Source of the DNA: an uncultured Candidatus Saccharibacteria bacterium
GTDB taxonomy: Bacteria; Patescibacteriota; Minisyncoccia; Phycocordibacterales; DATGWK01
Reading direction: 5' to 3'
Length of the DNA: 64,000 bases
Assembly: GCA_964356815.1 (NCBI GenBank)
Contig: CAYHIR010000002.1
Span: 7,418 to 71,417, forward strand
Shown here: one piece after another, positions 1 to 8,945 of the stretch
Numbering within the stretch: position 1 is the stretch's first letter
Layout of the letters: each line of letters begins with the position of its first letter
The notes under the pieces: model-generated
The model's database searches: none
What the model saw: the letters and a program-made list of their open reading frames with translations, nothing else
Told to the model about the DNA's origin: nothing
Program-made: the position numbers and the translations under genes

Positions 1-657
1 CACGGCAAGGCGGAAATAAATGAAAATGTTACATACGCGGTGAGCGAAGATCCGATTGAGTCGATGTTTTTCTTGGCGGTCGCGGCGGTGACGAAATCTC
101 GCATCATTATTCGCCGCTGTCCGATAGAATTTTTGGAACTCGAACTTTTACGGCTGTCGAAAATGAATTTCAAATATAAAATCCTCGAGCGTTACGAAGC
201 AAAAAACGGCCGCACGAAACTCGTCGACATCGAAACGTTTCCGTCGAAGCTCGTCGCGCTCAAAGATAAAATCGAGTCGCGTCCATATCCTGGCTTAAAT
301 ATCGACAATTTGCCTTTTTTCGCCGTCATCGCCACGCAAGCCAAAGGCACCACCTTTATCCACGATTGGGTTTACGAAAAACGCGCCATTCATTATAAAG
401 AGCTCGACAAACTCGGCGCCGACACTCTGCTCGCCGATCCTCACCGTATTTATATAACCGGTCCGACAAAGCTCAAAGCTGCGGAAGTCATTTGCCCGCC
501 CGCACTTCGCCCGGCCGCCATCATTCTCATCGGCATGCTCGCGGCACCCGGCCGTTCTGTGCTTCGAAATATTTACAGCATCAACCGCGGTTATGAAGAC
601 ATCGTGAAGCGACTCGCCGCAATTGGCGCGGATGTAAAAATTGTTGAGGATTTATAA
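1..657 (+). CDS. murA: UDP-N-acetylglucosamine 1-carboxyvinyltransferase, C-terminal part (5' truncated by window edge)
   Basis: Frame open from base 1; EPT-family motifs (PYPGLNIDNLP, VYEKR, LRPAA, INRGYE). Confidence 0.88.
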   Translation, partial: HGKAEINENVTYAVSEDPIESMFFLAVAAVTKSRIIIRRCPIEFLELELLRLSKMNFKYKILERYEAKNGRTKLVDIETFPSKLVALKDKIESRPYPGLNIDNLPFFAVIATQAKGTTFIHDWVYEKRAIHYKELDKLGADTLLADPHRIYITGPTKLKAAEVICPPALRPAAIILIGMLAAPGRSVLRNIYSINRGYEDIVKRLAAIGADVKIVEDL

Positions 658-693
658 ACGCCGCGGCGAACTGGCGAAAATTTCGCGAAAAAT

Positions 694-2643
694 ATGAAAG
701 TCATTGAAGTCATCCCAATAGCTCGCGGTATTGGTAAGGAAACGCTCACCTATTTCACGAGCAGTCAGCCAAAAATCGGCTCGATAATTCCGGCCGTTCT
801 TCGTGGCAAAAAAATTCGCGGCGTAGTGATTTCGTCTGAAGACGCGAGCGCACGCCGAGCTGAGCTCCGCGACTCGCCTTTTGTGATTAAAAAAGCGGGC
901 GATGAAAAAAGTTTAAAACAATTTTTCCTGCCAGAATTTTTAACCGCGGCGAGCGATACAGCCAAATATTTTGCCGGGACAGTGGGCGGCGCGCTCCATC
1001 TGCTCGTGCCGAAAATAATTTTAGACAATATTGATGAACTCGACGGCGCAGACACGGGCGCGGATTCCGGCGGTGATGACGCGGTGGAAGACAGCGGTGC
1101 AAAAAACAGTGCGAAAACCGCTGGCAAAACCACCTCGCACCACGTCCTCATTCTCCAAGCCGAAGATAGCGAAAGAATTGCCAATTACAAAAGCATTGTG
1201 CGCGAAGAATTTGCTCGCGGAAGATCGGTTTTTATTTGCGCACCAACGACCGCCGACGCCATTCGCATTAAAAGTCATCTCGATCGCGGCATTGAAGACT
1301 ACTCACACATTTTTCATGGTCAACTTCGCAAAAAAAATCTCATCGAGGCGTGGAATAAAGCGCTAGATCACAAACATCCGATGCTCATTGTGGCCACGGG
1401 CTCGTTTCTCTGTTTGCCGAGACGCGACATAGGCACGATTTTGGTGGAGCGAGAATGCTCGCGTGGTTATAAAATGCAGACGCGGCCATTTATCGATGTG
1501 CGAATGTTTGTGGAAATTTTGGCCAAGAAAATAAATGCCCGGCTCATTTATGGCGACACACTGCTTCGCACGGAAACTATTTGGCGTTACAAACAAGACG
1601 AAATTCACGAGCTATCGCCACTTGCATTTCGTTCCACCACTTCTGCCCGTCAACAAATTATTGACGCACGCACCAGCGCCACCGATCGCACGATTCGTGT
1701 AGACACGCTTTCGCACACACTGGCCGACATTATTGAAAAAAGTAATGAACGGAACGAGCACACATTTCTTTTTGCCGCTCGGCGTGGCCTCTCCCCGCTC
1801 ACACTCTGCCAAGATTGTGGCTCGATTGTGAGTTGCAAAAATTGTCGCGCGCCGATTGTCCTTCATTCAAAGTCTACCGAGCGATTTTTTCTCTGTCATC
1901 ATTGTGGCGAACGCAGAAGCGCGGAAGAAAAATGTAAAAATTGCACGAGTTGGCGGCTCCGATCTTTCGGCGTAGGCATTGAGCTTGTGGCTGACGAAAT
2001 AAAGTCGCGTTTCCCCGATGTAAATTTATTCCGCATAGATTCAGATACCGTAAAAACAAATGCGCGTGCAACGGCGATTGCCAAAAAATTTAAAGAAAAA
2101 CCGGGTGCAGTGCTCCTCGGCACCGAAATGGCCATTGGCTATCTCGATATGCCGATAGAAAATACGGCTGTCGTGTCGCTAGACTCAATGTTTAGCATTC
2201 CCGATTTTCGAATCAATGAAAAAATTCTTTCCACACTTTTGAAACTGCGCGGCCTCGCCACAAAGCAATTTCTCATCCAAACCCGCGATCCAAAAAATCG
2301 TCTTTTCGAATATGCGCTCGCGGGCAATCTTCTCGATTTTTACAAAGAAGAACTCACCGAGCGCGAACGCTTCGATTATCCGCCGCTCGTTGTGCTAATA
2401 AAAATTAGTTTCACTGGCACGCCAAAACAAGTGAAAGACGAAATGGAAAAACTCAAAAATATTTTCGCCAATTACGCCGCCGAAAATTATCAAGCTTCCA
2501 CGCCCGCCCGCCGCGGCGCCTACACCGAGCATCTGCTCATCAAAATCGGTCGCACACGCTGGATCGACGAAGAACTTTTGCACCTGCTCAAATCTCTGCC
2601 GCCGCAATTTACGATTGAAGTGGAACCGGAGAGTGTTATGTAG
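694..2643 (+). CDS. priA: Primosomal protein N' (PriA-like, degenerate Walker A region)
   Basis: RRGxxP followed by four CxxC pairs, GVGIE, LLGTEM, PDFRINE, IQT, YPP motifs; upstream of def-fmt. Confidence 0.88.
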   Translation: MKVIEVIPIARGIGKETLTYFTSSQPKIGSIIPAVLRGKKIRGVVISSEDASARRAELRDSPFVIKKAGDEKSLKQFFLPEFLTAASDTAKYFAGTVGGALHLLVPKIILDNIDELDGADTGADSGGDDAVEDSGAKNSAKTAGKTTSHHVLILQAEDSERIANYKSIVREEFARGRSVFICAPTTADAIRIKSHLDRGIEDYSHIFHGQLRKKNLIEAWNKALDHKHPMLIVATGSFLCLPRRDIGTILVERECSRGYKMQTRPFIDVRMFVEILAKKINARLIYGDTLLRTETIWRYKQDEIHELSPLAFRSTTSARQQIIDARTSATDRTIRVDTLSHTLADIIEKSNERNEHTFLFAARRGLSPLTLCQDCGSIVSCKNCRAPIVLHSKSTERFFLCHHCGERRSAEEKCKNCTSWRLRSFGVGIELVADEIKSRFPDVNLFRIDSDTVKTNARATAIAKKFKEKPGAVLLGTEMAIGYLDMPIENTAVVSLDSMFSIPDFRINEKILSTLLKLRGLATKQFLIQTRDPKNRLFEYALAGNLLDFYKEELTERERFDYPPLVVLIKISFTGTPKQVKDEMEKLKNIFANYAAENYQASTPARRGAYTEHLLIKIGRTRWIDEELLHLLKSLPPQFTIEVEPESVM

Positions 2644-2663
2644 CGCGGCAAAATTTCGCCGCG

Positions 2664-2695
2664 CAAAAAAAGAACCCCGCAATCCATGCGGGGCC
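2664..2695 (-). terminator. Intrinsic terminator of the 2719-3288 gene
   Basis: Minus strand CCCCGCA-tggat-TGCGGGG followed by TTCTTTTTTT. Confidence 0.7.
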
Positions 2696-2718
2696 TTGAG
2701 TGGTGCCAACCACTCCGA

Positions 2719-3288
2719 TCAGAGAACGGGCAAAGCTTGGGGATGAAAAACCTTGAGGCCGGCCTCGAACCATCGAGTACGCGGATCGCCGCGTGAGTTC
2801 TTTTCGGGACCGCCGTCTGTAAGAAAAGCATCGATATGCCAATTTCCCTCAGAAAGCGAAACCGTCACACCCCACAGTTGATCATGTCCGTCGAGCAGAT
2901 AGAACAAACCTCCGCCCCAATCACCTCGTCCGCGATTCGACTCAGTGATCAAATAGCAAATGTGCACAAGTTCGCAGTTGATGAAGCACTCATCTGGTTT
3001 TCCCAGCGTGTCACCGGCCACCGCATACAAAATCTCGTAGTCAGCCGCTCCTCTGGTAAGAATACTGCAGTTAAGCAACACTTCGTCCATGATTCCCTGC
3101 AAAACCCCAGATCGATGGAAAGCCAGCTCTTTGAAATTGTCTCCTAGAATGAATGGTCTTTGACCCCACCCATTTCGGGCGAAAAAATCTACAACATTTA
3201 CCATCCTGAGAGATGGACGCAGACTGATCCGACTGGAACTCTCGAGTAGCGGCAACGGCCGCTCGTTTTGAACGACCTCGGTGCTCAT
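2719..3288 (-). CDS. Orphan protein, possible CLec-fold / DGR-target-like family
   Basis: ATG 3288 preceded by AGAAAGGAG and TTGACA (3348-3343); C-terminal FYL-x-W-x-V-x-W-x-I-x-A-x-RW-x-G-x-KVF pattern. Confidence 0.65.
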   Translation of the reverse strand: MSTEVVQNERPLPLLESSSRISLRPSLRMVNVVDFFARNGWGQRPFILGDNFKELAFHRSGVLQGIMDEVLLNCSILTRGAADYEILYAVAGDTLGKPDECFINCELVHICYLITESNRGRGDWGGGLFYLLDGHDQLWGVTVSLSEGNWHIDAFLTDGGPEKNSRGDPRTRWFEAGLKVFHPQALPVL

Positions 3289-3377
3289 GATGACTCCTTT
3301 CTGTTTTCGTTCTGTCCAATATTTAATCACAAACCGCCACATTGTCAAATATGCCGAAAATGTGTCATAATGAACAA

Positions 3378-3953
3378 ATGTCAGACAAAATGGTCGAGAT
3401 TCTCCAAAAAGACGCGCCTGAGCTTCGTCTCGTGGCCGAGCCGGTCGCTCTTGCCGACATCAAATCGCCAAAAATCGCGGCGATTATTTCGCACATGAAA
3501 AAAGCCCTTCTCGAACAAGACGACGGCGTAGCTATCGCCGCACCACAGATTGGCGAGAGTTTGCGTATTTTTATCGTCGCCAGTCGCGCTTTAAAAATGA
3601 TTGCTGAAGATGAAGGACTTATTGCCCATGATGACACTGGTGGTCTCAATAACACCGACGCAAAATTTTCCGATTTAATTTTCATCAATCCCGAAATAAT
3701 TAAAGCCTCAAAAAAAACGGAATGGATGGAAGAGGGCTGTTTGAGCGTGCGTTATCTTTACGGCAAAGTGAAACGCTCACCGAAGGTGACTGTGAAAGCC
3801 CACGATGAAAACGGCAAAATTTTCACCCGCGGCGCATCTGGCCTGCTCGCTCAAATTTTTCAACACGAAATCGACCATCTCGACGGCACACTCTTTATCG
3901 ACAAAGCCAAAAACATCAAGGAAATTTTGCCAGAAAAACCCGACGCGCTTTAA
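3378..3953 (+). CDS. def: Peptide deformylase
   Basis: GVAIAAPQ, EGCLS, QHEIDH motifs; start moved to ATG 3378, 6 nt after CATAAT. Confidence 0.95.
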   Translation: MSDKMVEILQKDAPELRLVAEPVALADIKSPKIAAIISHMKKALLEQDDGVAIAAPQIGESLRIFIVASRALKMIAEDEGLIAHDDTGGLNNTDAKFSDLIFINPEIIKASKKTEWMEEGCLSVRYLYGKVKRSPKVTVKAHDENGKIFTRGASGLLAQIFQHEIDHLDGTLFIDKAKNIKEILPEKPDAL

Positions 3954-3972
3954 ATTTGCCGCGATTTTATAA

Positions 3973-4941
3973 ATGAAAAAAATTAATTTCACATTTCTTG
4001 GCTCTTCCCGCTTTTCGCTCATCGTTTTGGAAGCGCTCGAACGCGCAGGCTTTTTGCCAACTCTCATCATTACTGCACCAGACCAAAAGAAAGATCGTGG
4101 GCAGAAAGTTCATTCCACACTCGTAAAAGATTGGGCCGAGGCGCGAAAAATTCCTGTTGAGACTCCGCTCACGCTCAAAAATAATTCTGAAATCGCGGAA
4201 AAACTCGCCGCGGTCAGCACAGCCGACGGAACAAAGCCGCAAGTTTTCGTTACTGCTTCATACGGCAAAATTATTCCCAAAAATATTTTAGACATTCCGA
4301 AACATGGCACATTAAATGTGCACCCCTCCCTTTTGCCAAAATTTCGCGGCCCAAGCCCACTCGAAACTTCGATTCTCGAACTCGGCACAGAAAAAAACGT
4401 TGATAAAAATTTGCCGCGCGGTGCCGACCAAAATCCTGTCACACCCACCGGCGTCACAATCATGCTTACAGATGAAGATATCGACCACGGACCGATCGTT
4501 GCTCAAATAGAAGTTCCGATAGATGGTTGGCCGCCTGTACCGCCATATACAGAACAACTCGAAACAATTCTCGCGCGTGCGGGTGGCAATTTGCTCGCTG
4601 AAATTTTGCCGAAATGGATTGCGGGTGAAATAAAACCGAAGCCGCAAAAACATTCCGAAGCAACATTTACAAAAAAGTTTGAAAAAGCCGACGGACTCGT
4701 TGATCTTTCCGACGACGCCGCAATGAACCTCCGCAAAATCCGCGCTCTTCACCGTTCGCCTGGGACGTATTTCTTTGTTAAGAAGTCCGACGAGAAAATC
4801 GCGGCTAGTGGTGGTGAAAATAATATCCGCATCCGCATAAAAAGCGCCGACATAAAAAACGGTGAATTAATGCTCGACAAAATCGTACCAGAAGGCAAAA
4901 AAGAAATGACTTTTAAAGATTTTTGGCGGGGGTTTAGGTAG
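3973..4941 (+). CDS. fmt: Methionyl-tRNA formyltransferase
   Basis: NVHPSLLPKFRGPSP, DxG motifs; follows def. Confidence 0.95.
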   Translation: MKKINFTFLGSSRFSLIVLEALERAGFLPTLIITAPDQKKDRGQKVHSTLVKDWAEARKIPVETPLTLKNNSEIAEKLAAVSTADGTKPQVFVTASYGKIIPKNILDIPKHGTLNVHPSLLPKFRGPSPLETSILELGTEKNVDKNLPRGADQNPVTPTGVTIMLTDEDIDHGPIVAQIEVPIDGWPPVPPYTEQLETILARAGGNLLAEILPKWIAGEIKPKPQKHSEATFTKKFEKADGLVDLSDDAAMNLRKIRALHRSPGTYFFVKKSDEKIAASGGENNIRIRIKSADIKNGELMLDKIVPEGKKEMTFKDFWRGFR

Positions 4942-4942
4942 C

Positions 4943-4971
4943 TTGACAGATTTATAAAATCGTGCTAGCAT
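4943..4971 (+). promoter_or_regulatory. Sigma70-type promoter of the 5008 cassette
   Basis: TTGACA-N17-TAGCAT with extended TG. Confidence 0.7.
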
Positions 4972-5007
4972 TGAGACAGCCTGAATAGATAGAAAGGAGC
5001 CGCAAAA

Positions 5008-5370
5008 ATGTGCACGGCAATACTGTCCACGGCCGATTTGCCCGCATACAACGTCGTATGCCGGACATGTAATCATGTCTTTTCACCGGCCCGCAAAAGT
5101 TCTTTGTGGTGGAGAGCGGCGAAGTGCGCCGAAGGAGGTCGACTCAATGCGATGATGATCAGCGGAGAAGAATGCGGATGCGTCAGCACACCCGTCGAAC
5201 CAAATGCTCCCTTCAGACTTTTCGGGTACGATGACCTGTGCAGGCCATTCGACATACCGCTCGCCAGATTCATCGATGCAGTGAGGGGGTTCAAGAAACT
5301 GGAACGTACGGGATGCACGGTCTTCATTTCCGGAATTTCCAAGGAGGTCAGAGACCGAATAGGTGCGTGA
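5008..5370 (+). CDS. Cys-rich hypothetical protein
   Basis: AGAAAGGAG SD, own promoter, downstream stem-loop plus T tract (5378-5429); CxxC and CGC motifs. Confidence 0.7.
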   Translation: MCTAILSTADLPAYNVVCRTCNHVFSPARKSSLWWRAAKCAEGGRLNAMMISGEECGCVSTPVEPNAPFRLFGYDDLCRPFDIPLARFIDAVRGFKKLERTGCTVFISGISKEVRDRIGA

Positions 5371-5470
5371 AAACAACCCGCCGTCGACAAAGAGAACCAA
5401 TCTCCATGTCGAGGGCGGTTTTCTTTTTGTAAAATAAACAGTATCTACAAATTTTTGATATGATTTGTAA

Positions 5471-5752
5471 ATGACAACAATCGGAATTATCACCGTTATT
5501 TTATCTCTAACAGTAACAGGCCTAGGTTTAACCTCTCAGGTTAGAAAGAATAGGAAAAGAAAAAGCATGGAGGGATTGTCTTTTTTCTACTTTTCAATTC
5601 TTGCCATATCTTATTCTTTTTGGGTTTTGTATGGAATCGTTTTAAGAGACTGGATTCTTATCATTCCAATGTCCATAGGAGCAATTATGTCTTGGGTTAT
5701 GGTGGTCCAATTTTTTATTTACAAAAATTCAAAAATCTCAATTCAATCCTAA
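5471..5752 (+). CDS. SemiSWEET / PQ-loop family small transporter
   Basis: 93 aa, three hydrophobic helices, QV..N.KRKS.EGLS and W..YG pattern. Confidence 0.75.
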   Translation: MTTIGIITVILSLTVTGLGLTSQVRKNRKRKSMEGLSFFYFSILAISYSFWVLYGIVLRDWILIIPMSIGAIMSWVMVVQFFIYKNSKISIQS

Positions 5753-6252
5753 TCCCGCCTCTTCTTCCTCCAGTTCAACTTTTTCAATTGTTTGTAGCCG
5801 ATTTCAAAACCACTGCCGATACCGCTACCAACACTACCGATTCCACTTCCGATACCGCTACTAATTCCACTGCCGATGCCCCAAATGCCGCTACCAGCGC
5901 TTCGCAAGATATTTTTCACAGCCGCACCACCGCGGCGAAGCATGGTGATTTGTTTGGTTTTGTAATTTGAAAGTTCGCGCGCCATTTCGTCTTTGGCATC
6001 GTCGATTGAAGAATTTGGCGTTGTGTCTTCGGCCACAGCGCGAAATTGTTTGCCGTCCATGCGAATGTTAATTTCGGTTCGAAAAATGTCACCCGATTTG
6101 TGATGATTGGAAGTGCGCCCAATTTCTACTTCGCACAGCGTGCTCGTGTCGGTAGGGTCAATAAATTTATCAAGCATATCGATCTTCTTCTGAAGATAAT
6201 CCGCGACCTCGTCGCTCACATTCATATTTGTGCCCTTGATGTGAAATTTCAT
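5749..6252 (-). CDS. raiA: Ribosome-associated inhibitor RaiA/HPF with Gly/Ser/Ile-rich C-terminal tail
   Basis: MKFHIKGTNM...YLQKKI...SSIDDAKDEMAREL HPF pattern; start at ATG 6252. Confidence 0.85.
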   Translation of the reverse strand: MKFHIKGTNMNVSDEVADYLQKKIDMLDKFIDPTDTSTLCEVEIGRTSNHHKSGDIFRTEINIRMDGKQFRAVAEDTTPNSSIDDAKDEMARELSNYKTKQITMLRRGGAAVKNILRSAGSGIWGIGSGISSGIGSGIGSVGSGIGSGFEIGYKQLKKLNWRKKRRD

Positions 6253-6433
6253 GCTTGTGTGATATTTATTAACTGATAATCGATGACTACATTCTAACAG
6301 ATTTTGCACGGATTTAAAAAAGTGGAGGAGGTTAATATTTTGCTTTTTTTGTAAACTGTGTTATTATCCTTTTAGAGCATGGGGGTTGGAAGTTCCAACA
6401 CTCAACCTTGTTTTTTACAGAAGGAGGTCTACT

Positions 6434-6952
6434 GTGCGCATGAATGAGGTTTGTCATCGGATGAATGACGAGAAACTGGATTTCCAAACATTTCTCATCG
6501 GCTGTCTTAGCCACGGTAAGCCTTTCCAAGATGAAGATACATCTGAGATGCTGGCTGTTCTCGAGCGTGATTGGGCACTTAAACAAAAACAATCTCTCGA
6601 GCAGGCTGAGCATGGTGCGCTCTTCGAAATGGCCGTTGAAGAGCTCGAGCAAAAGAAGACCCGGATCAAACGGAGGGTTGATTTGTTTGAAAAGACAATC
6701 AATGACTCGGGCTTGCTGACTGGTGGAAGCATCTTCACAAACGCAATCGAATGTCTAAGGGGCATTCATGGTGTGCAGGGGTTGAAGATAAGTTCAATCG
6801 GGTTCGATTCCGAAAAGTATAGACAACTAAAACTCGAGGAGCTGAAGAAGTTCCTCGGAAAAAGGTGTCGTACTCTTGAAGATGTCTGGCCCCACAGTGA
6901 CGGACCTCGTCAATTTGCTCGCGTGGTATACGAACTGGCACGCACAATCTAG
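6434..6952 (+). CDS. Hypothetical protein (weak RNAP alpha-CTD-like pattern)
   Basis: AAGGAGG SD at 6421 before in-frame GTG 6434; terminator-like hairpin plus T tract at about 6972-7003. Confidence 0.65.
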   Translation: MRMNEVCHRMNDEKLDFQTFLIGCLSHGKPFQDEDTSEMLAVLERDWALKQKQSLEQAEHGALFEMAVEELEQKKTRIKRRVDLFEKTINDSGLLTGGSIFTNAIECLRGIHGVQGLKISSIGFDSEKYRQLKLEELKKFLGKRCRTLEDVWPHSDGPRQFARVVYELARTI

Positions 6953-7067
6953 CCAAGAGAAAAGAGAAACTAGCCCACGTGGTCAAACACGGAGGGCTTT
7001 TTTATTAAAGATTTTCAACTTCATCCTGTTCTGCTATACTGCCCATGGTTCTTTCTAGAAACAACAT

Positions 7068-7376
7068 TCCGCGATAGCTCAGCTGGTAGAGCGAGCGACT
7101 GTGAACAAAATCGCAGCTTCCCGAAGTAATTCGGGTTGAAAAACGAGGTTAATTGCTGGAAGCCCACCCGATCGAAAGATCGCGGGTAATCAGCAGCCGA
7201 GCCTGTCATTCGACAGGAAGGTTCAGAGACTATCCCTAACGGGAGTACTTGGCCGAAAGGTCTAGGAAACACCTCGCGCCCCATTTATTGGGGCGATGAT
7301 ATAGTCCATCCCTTTAAGAAATTTTAGGATCGATGTAATCGCTTGGTCGCAGGTTCGAGTCCTGCTCGCGGAGCCA
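7068..7376 (+). tRNA. tRNA-Asn(GUU), intron-interrupted; exons 7068-7102 and 7336-7376
   Basis: Acceptor TCCGCGA/TCGCGGA+GCCA, D arm GCTC/GAGC, anticodon stem AGCGA/TCGCT, T arm GCAGG-TTCGAGT-CCTGC; joined exons give 76 nt with loop CT-GTT-AA. Confidence 0.93.
7103..7335 (+). ncRNA. Group I self-splicing intron (233 nt, no ORF) at anticodon position 35/36
   Basis: P AATTGCTGGAA (7151), Q AATCAGCAGC (7188), R GTTCAGAGACTA (7221), S ATGATATAGTCC (7296); P3 CGAGGT/ACCTCG; P1 with U.G at the 5' splice site; terminal G. Confidence 0.92.
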
Positions 7377-7380
7377 AAAC

Positions 7381-7409
7381 TTGACTTTTCTATGAAAACC
7401 TGCTATCAT
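7381..7409 (+). promoter_or_regulatory. Sigma70-type promoter of the 7479 cassette
   Basis: TTGACT-N17-TATCAT with extended TG. Confidence 0.7.
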
Positions 7410-7478
7410 GGTAGTAGCGTTTTCCAGTACCTTGTAACCCCGGGTTTAAACAAACCCATAAGAACCAAAGGAGTAGCC

Positions 7479-7775
7479 ATGAATATCTCACTCACGGATC
7501 CAAAAACTCTCGTGATCAATGGAGAAGATACTGAGGTCGGAGAAGTCGCACGCGCTGTGGCAATCTTGATGGAAGAAGGAAAGATTCCAAAAGGTTGCAC
7601 ACTGAAGTATGGCGGGTTCTCCGGCAGTGGCGTTGCCCTGTGTGTAGCACTTTGCAACGTGGTCCGTGATTTTTTTGTGGTGTTCCCAGTTTGCGCTGAA
7701 CAACAGCCCGATGGGAAGTACCTCGTTCAGGCAAGTTTCGACCCTACCGTGAAAACCGGTGCGATCATTGACTAA
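7479..7775 (+). CDS. Small hypothetical protein, possibly Csx3/Crn3-like fold
   Basis: AAAGGAG SD before ATG 7479; C-terminus GKYLVQASFDPTVKTGAIID. Confidence 0.65.
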   Translation: MNISLTDPKTLVINGEDTEVGEVARAVAILMEEGKIPKGCTLKYGGFSGSGVALCVALCNVVRDFFVVFPVCAEQQPDGKYLVQASFDPTVKTGAIID

Positions 7776-7868
7776 CCCCACCATCAACACAAAGAACGGA
7801 AAGCCCGTCACAAGTGTTGAGGTGGGTTTTCTGTTATACAAATTATTTCAATTTGATATCGTTAAAGT

Positions 7869-8330
7869 ATGACCACAATAAACCCTTGGATTAACTTCAA
7901 CGGCAATGCTGAAGAAGCATTTACATTTTACAAATCAGTTTTTGGCGGTGAGTTTACAAAAATTATACGTTTCAAAGACCTGGCGAGCGCTGAATTCAAA
8001 GTTGCAGAAAAGGAGGAAAATAAAATTATGCATATTGCTTTGCCTATCGGTAACGGCGCAAAGTTAATTGCAAATGATGTCCCAGAATTTATGGGAAAAG
8101 TTAACGAAAACGAAAACAGGAGTAAAATTTCGATAAACACAGAAAGCAAAGAAGAAGCGGATAGATTATTTAATGGTCTTTCTGCTGGAGGAACAGTAGA
8201 AGGGCCTATGGGTGATAGTCCTTGGGGAACATACGCTGGTATGTTTAGGGATAAATACGGTATTGAGTGGATAATTGAATTTTCTACCGATGCCCACACC
8301 CAGCCCAACAGCAATAAATCGATAAAATGA
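7869..8330 (+). CDS. VOC (PhnB-like) family protein
   Basis: INPWINFNGNAEEAFTFYKSVFGG, IMHIAL, WG..GMFRDKYGIEW. Confidence 0.9.
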   Translation: MTTINPWINFNGNAEEAFTFYKSVFGGEFTKIIRFKDLASAEFKVAEKEENKIMHIALPIGNGAKLIANDVPEFMGKVNENENRSKISINTESKEEADRLFNGLSAGGTVEGPMGDSPWGTYAGMFRDKYGIEWIIEFSTDAHTQPNSNKSIK

Positions 8331-8494
8331 GCACCAAATCTATCATCTGGATTTTCATGTTTATTGGCTCGACAATCGGTGGCTTTATTCCGACTCTTTG
8401 GGACGCTGGTTTTCTGTCTTTCTCTTCCCTACTTCTTACGGCCGTCGGCGGTCTTTTGGGTATTTGGTTGGCGTTTAAGTTGAATCATGGGTAA
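8327..8494 (+). CDS. 55-aa two-helix membrane protein (not in ORF track)
   Basis: ATGA overlap with VOC stop; MSTKSIIWIFMFIGSTIGGFIPTLWDAGFLSFSSLLLTAVGGLLGIWLAFKLNHG. Confidence 0.75.
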   Translation: MSTKSIIWIFMFIGSTIGGFIPTLWDAGFLSFSSLLLTAVGGLLGIWLAFKLNHG

Positions 8495-8525
8495 ATGAGG
8501 ACGCGCGTTGGTGTATAATTTACAC

Positions 8526-8945
8526 ATGAAAAAAGAAAAAATTGTTTTACTGCTTCTTCGTTTATCAATGGGTTTTATTTTCCTATGGGCGTTTTTTGAT
8601 AAGGTTTTTGGTTTGGGATTTGCCACAACAGCCGAAAAAGCGTGGATCAATGGCGGCTCACCGACTTTTGGTTTTCTCTCCAATGCCGCAAAGGGTCCGT
8701 TTGCGGATATTTTTCACAGTCTCGCTGGCATGCCTGCTGTCGACTGGCTATTTATGCTCGGCCTACTTTTCGTTGGCCTTACACTCATATTCAACAAATT
8801 CGTAAAGTGGGGATGCTTAGCTGGCAGTGTGATGCTCCTTCTTATGTACCTCGCCCTTCTCTTACCCGAAAATAATCCGATCATAGACGATCACCTTGTA
8901 TACATTCTTGTTTTGGCACTTGTGGCTTTTAGAAGCGAGAACTAA
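8526..8945 (+). CDS. DoxX family membrane protein
   Basis: LLRLSMGFIFLWAFFDK motif; ATG 6 nt after TATAAT. Confidence 0.85.
   Translation: MKKEKIVLLLLRLSMGFIFLWAFFDKVFGLGFATTAEKAWINGGSPTFGFLSNAAKGPFADIFHSLAGMPAVDWLFMLGLLFVGLTLIFNKFVKWGCLAGSVMLLLMYLALLLPENNPIIDDHLVYILVLALVAFRSEN

Noticed and set aside
7099-7105. Reading the tRNA as His (GTG) or Tyr (GTA)
   Set aside because: GTG includes the first intron base; GTA needs an intron ending in U. Only the 35/36 junction gives the U.G pair in P1, a terminal G and a 7-nt loop.
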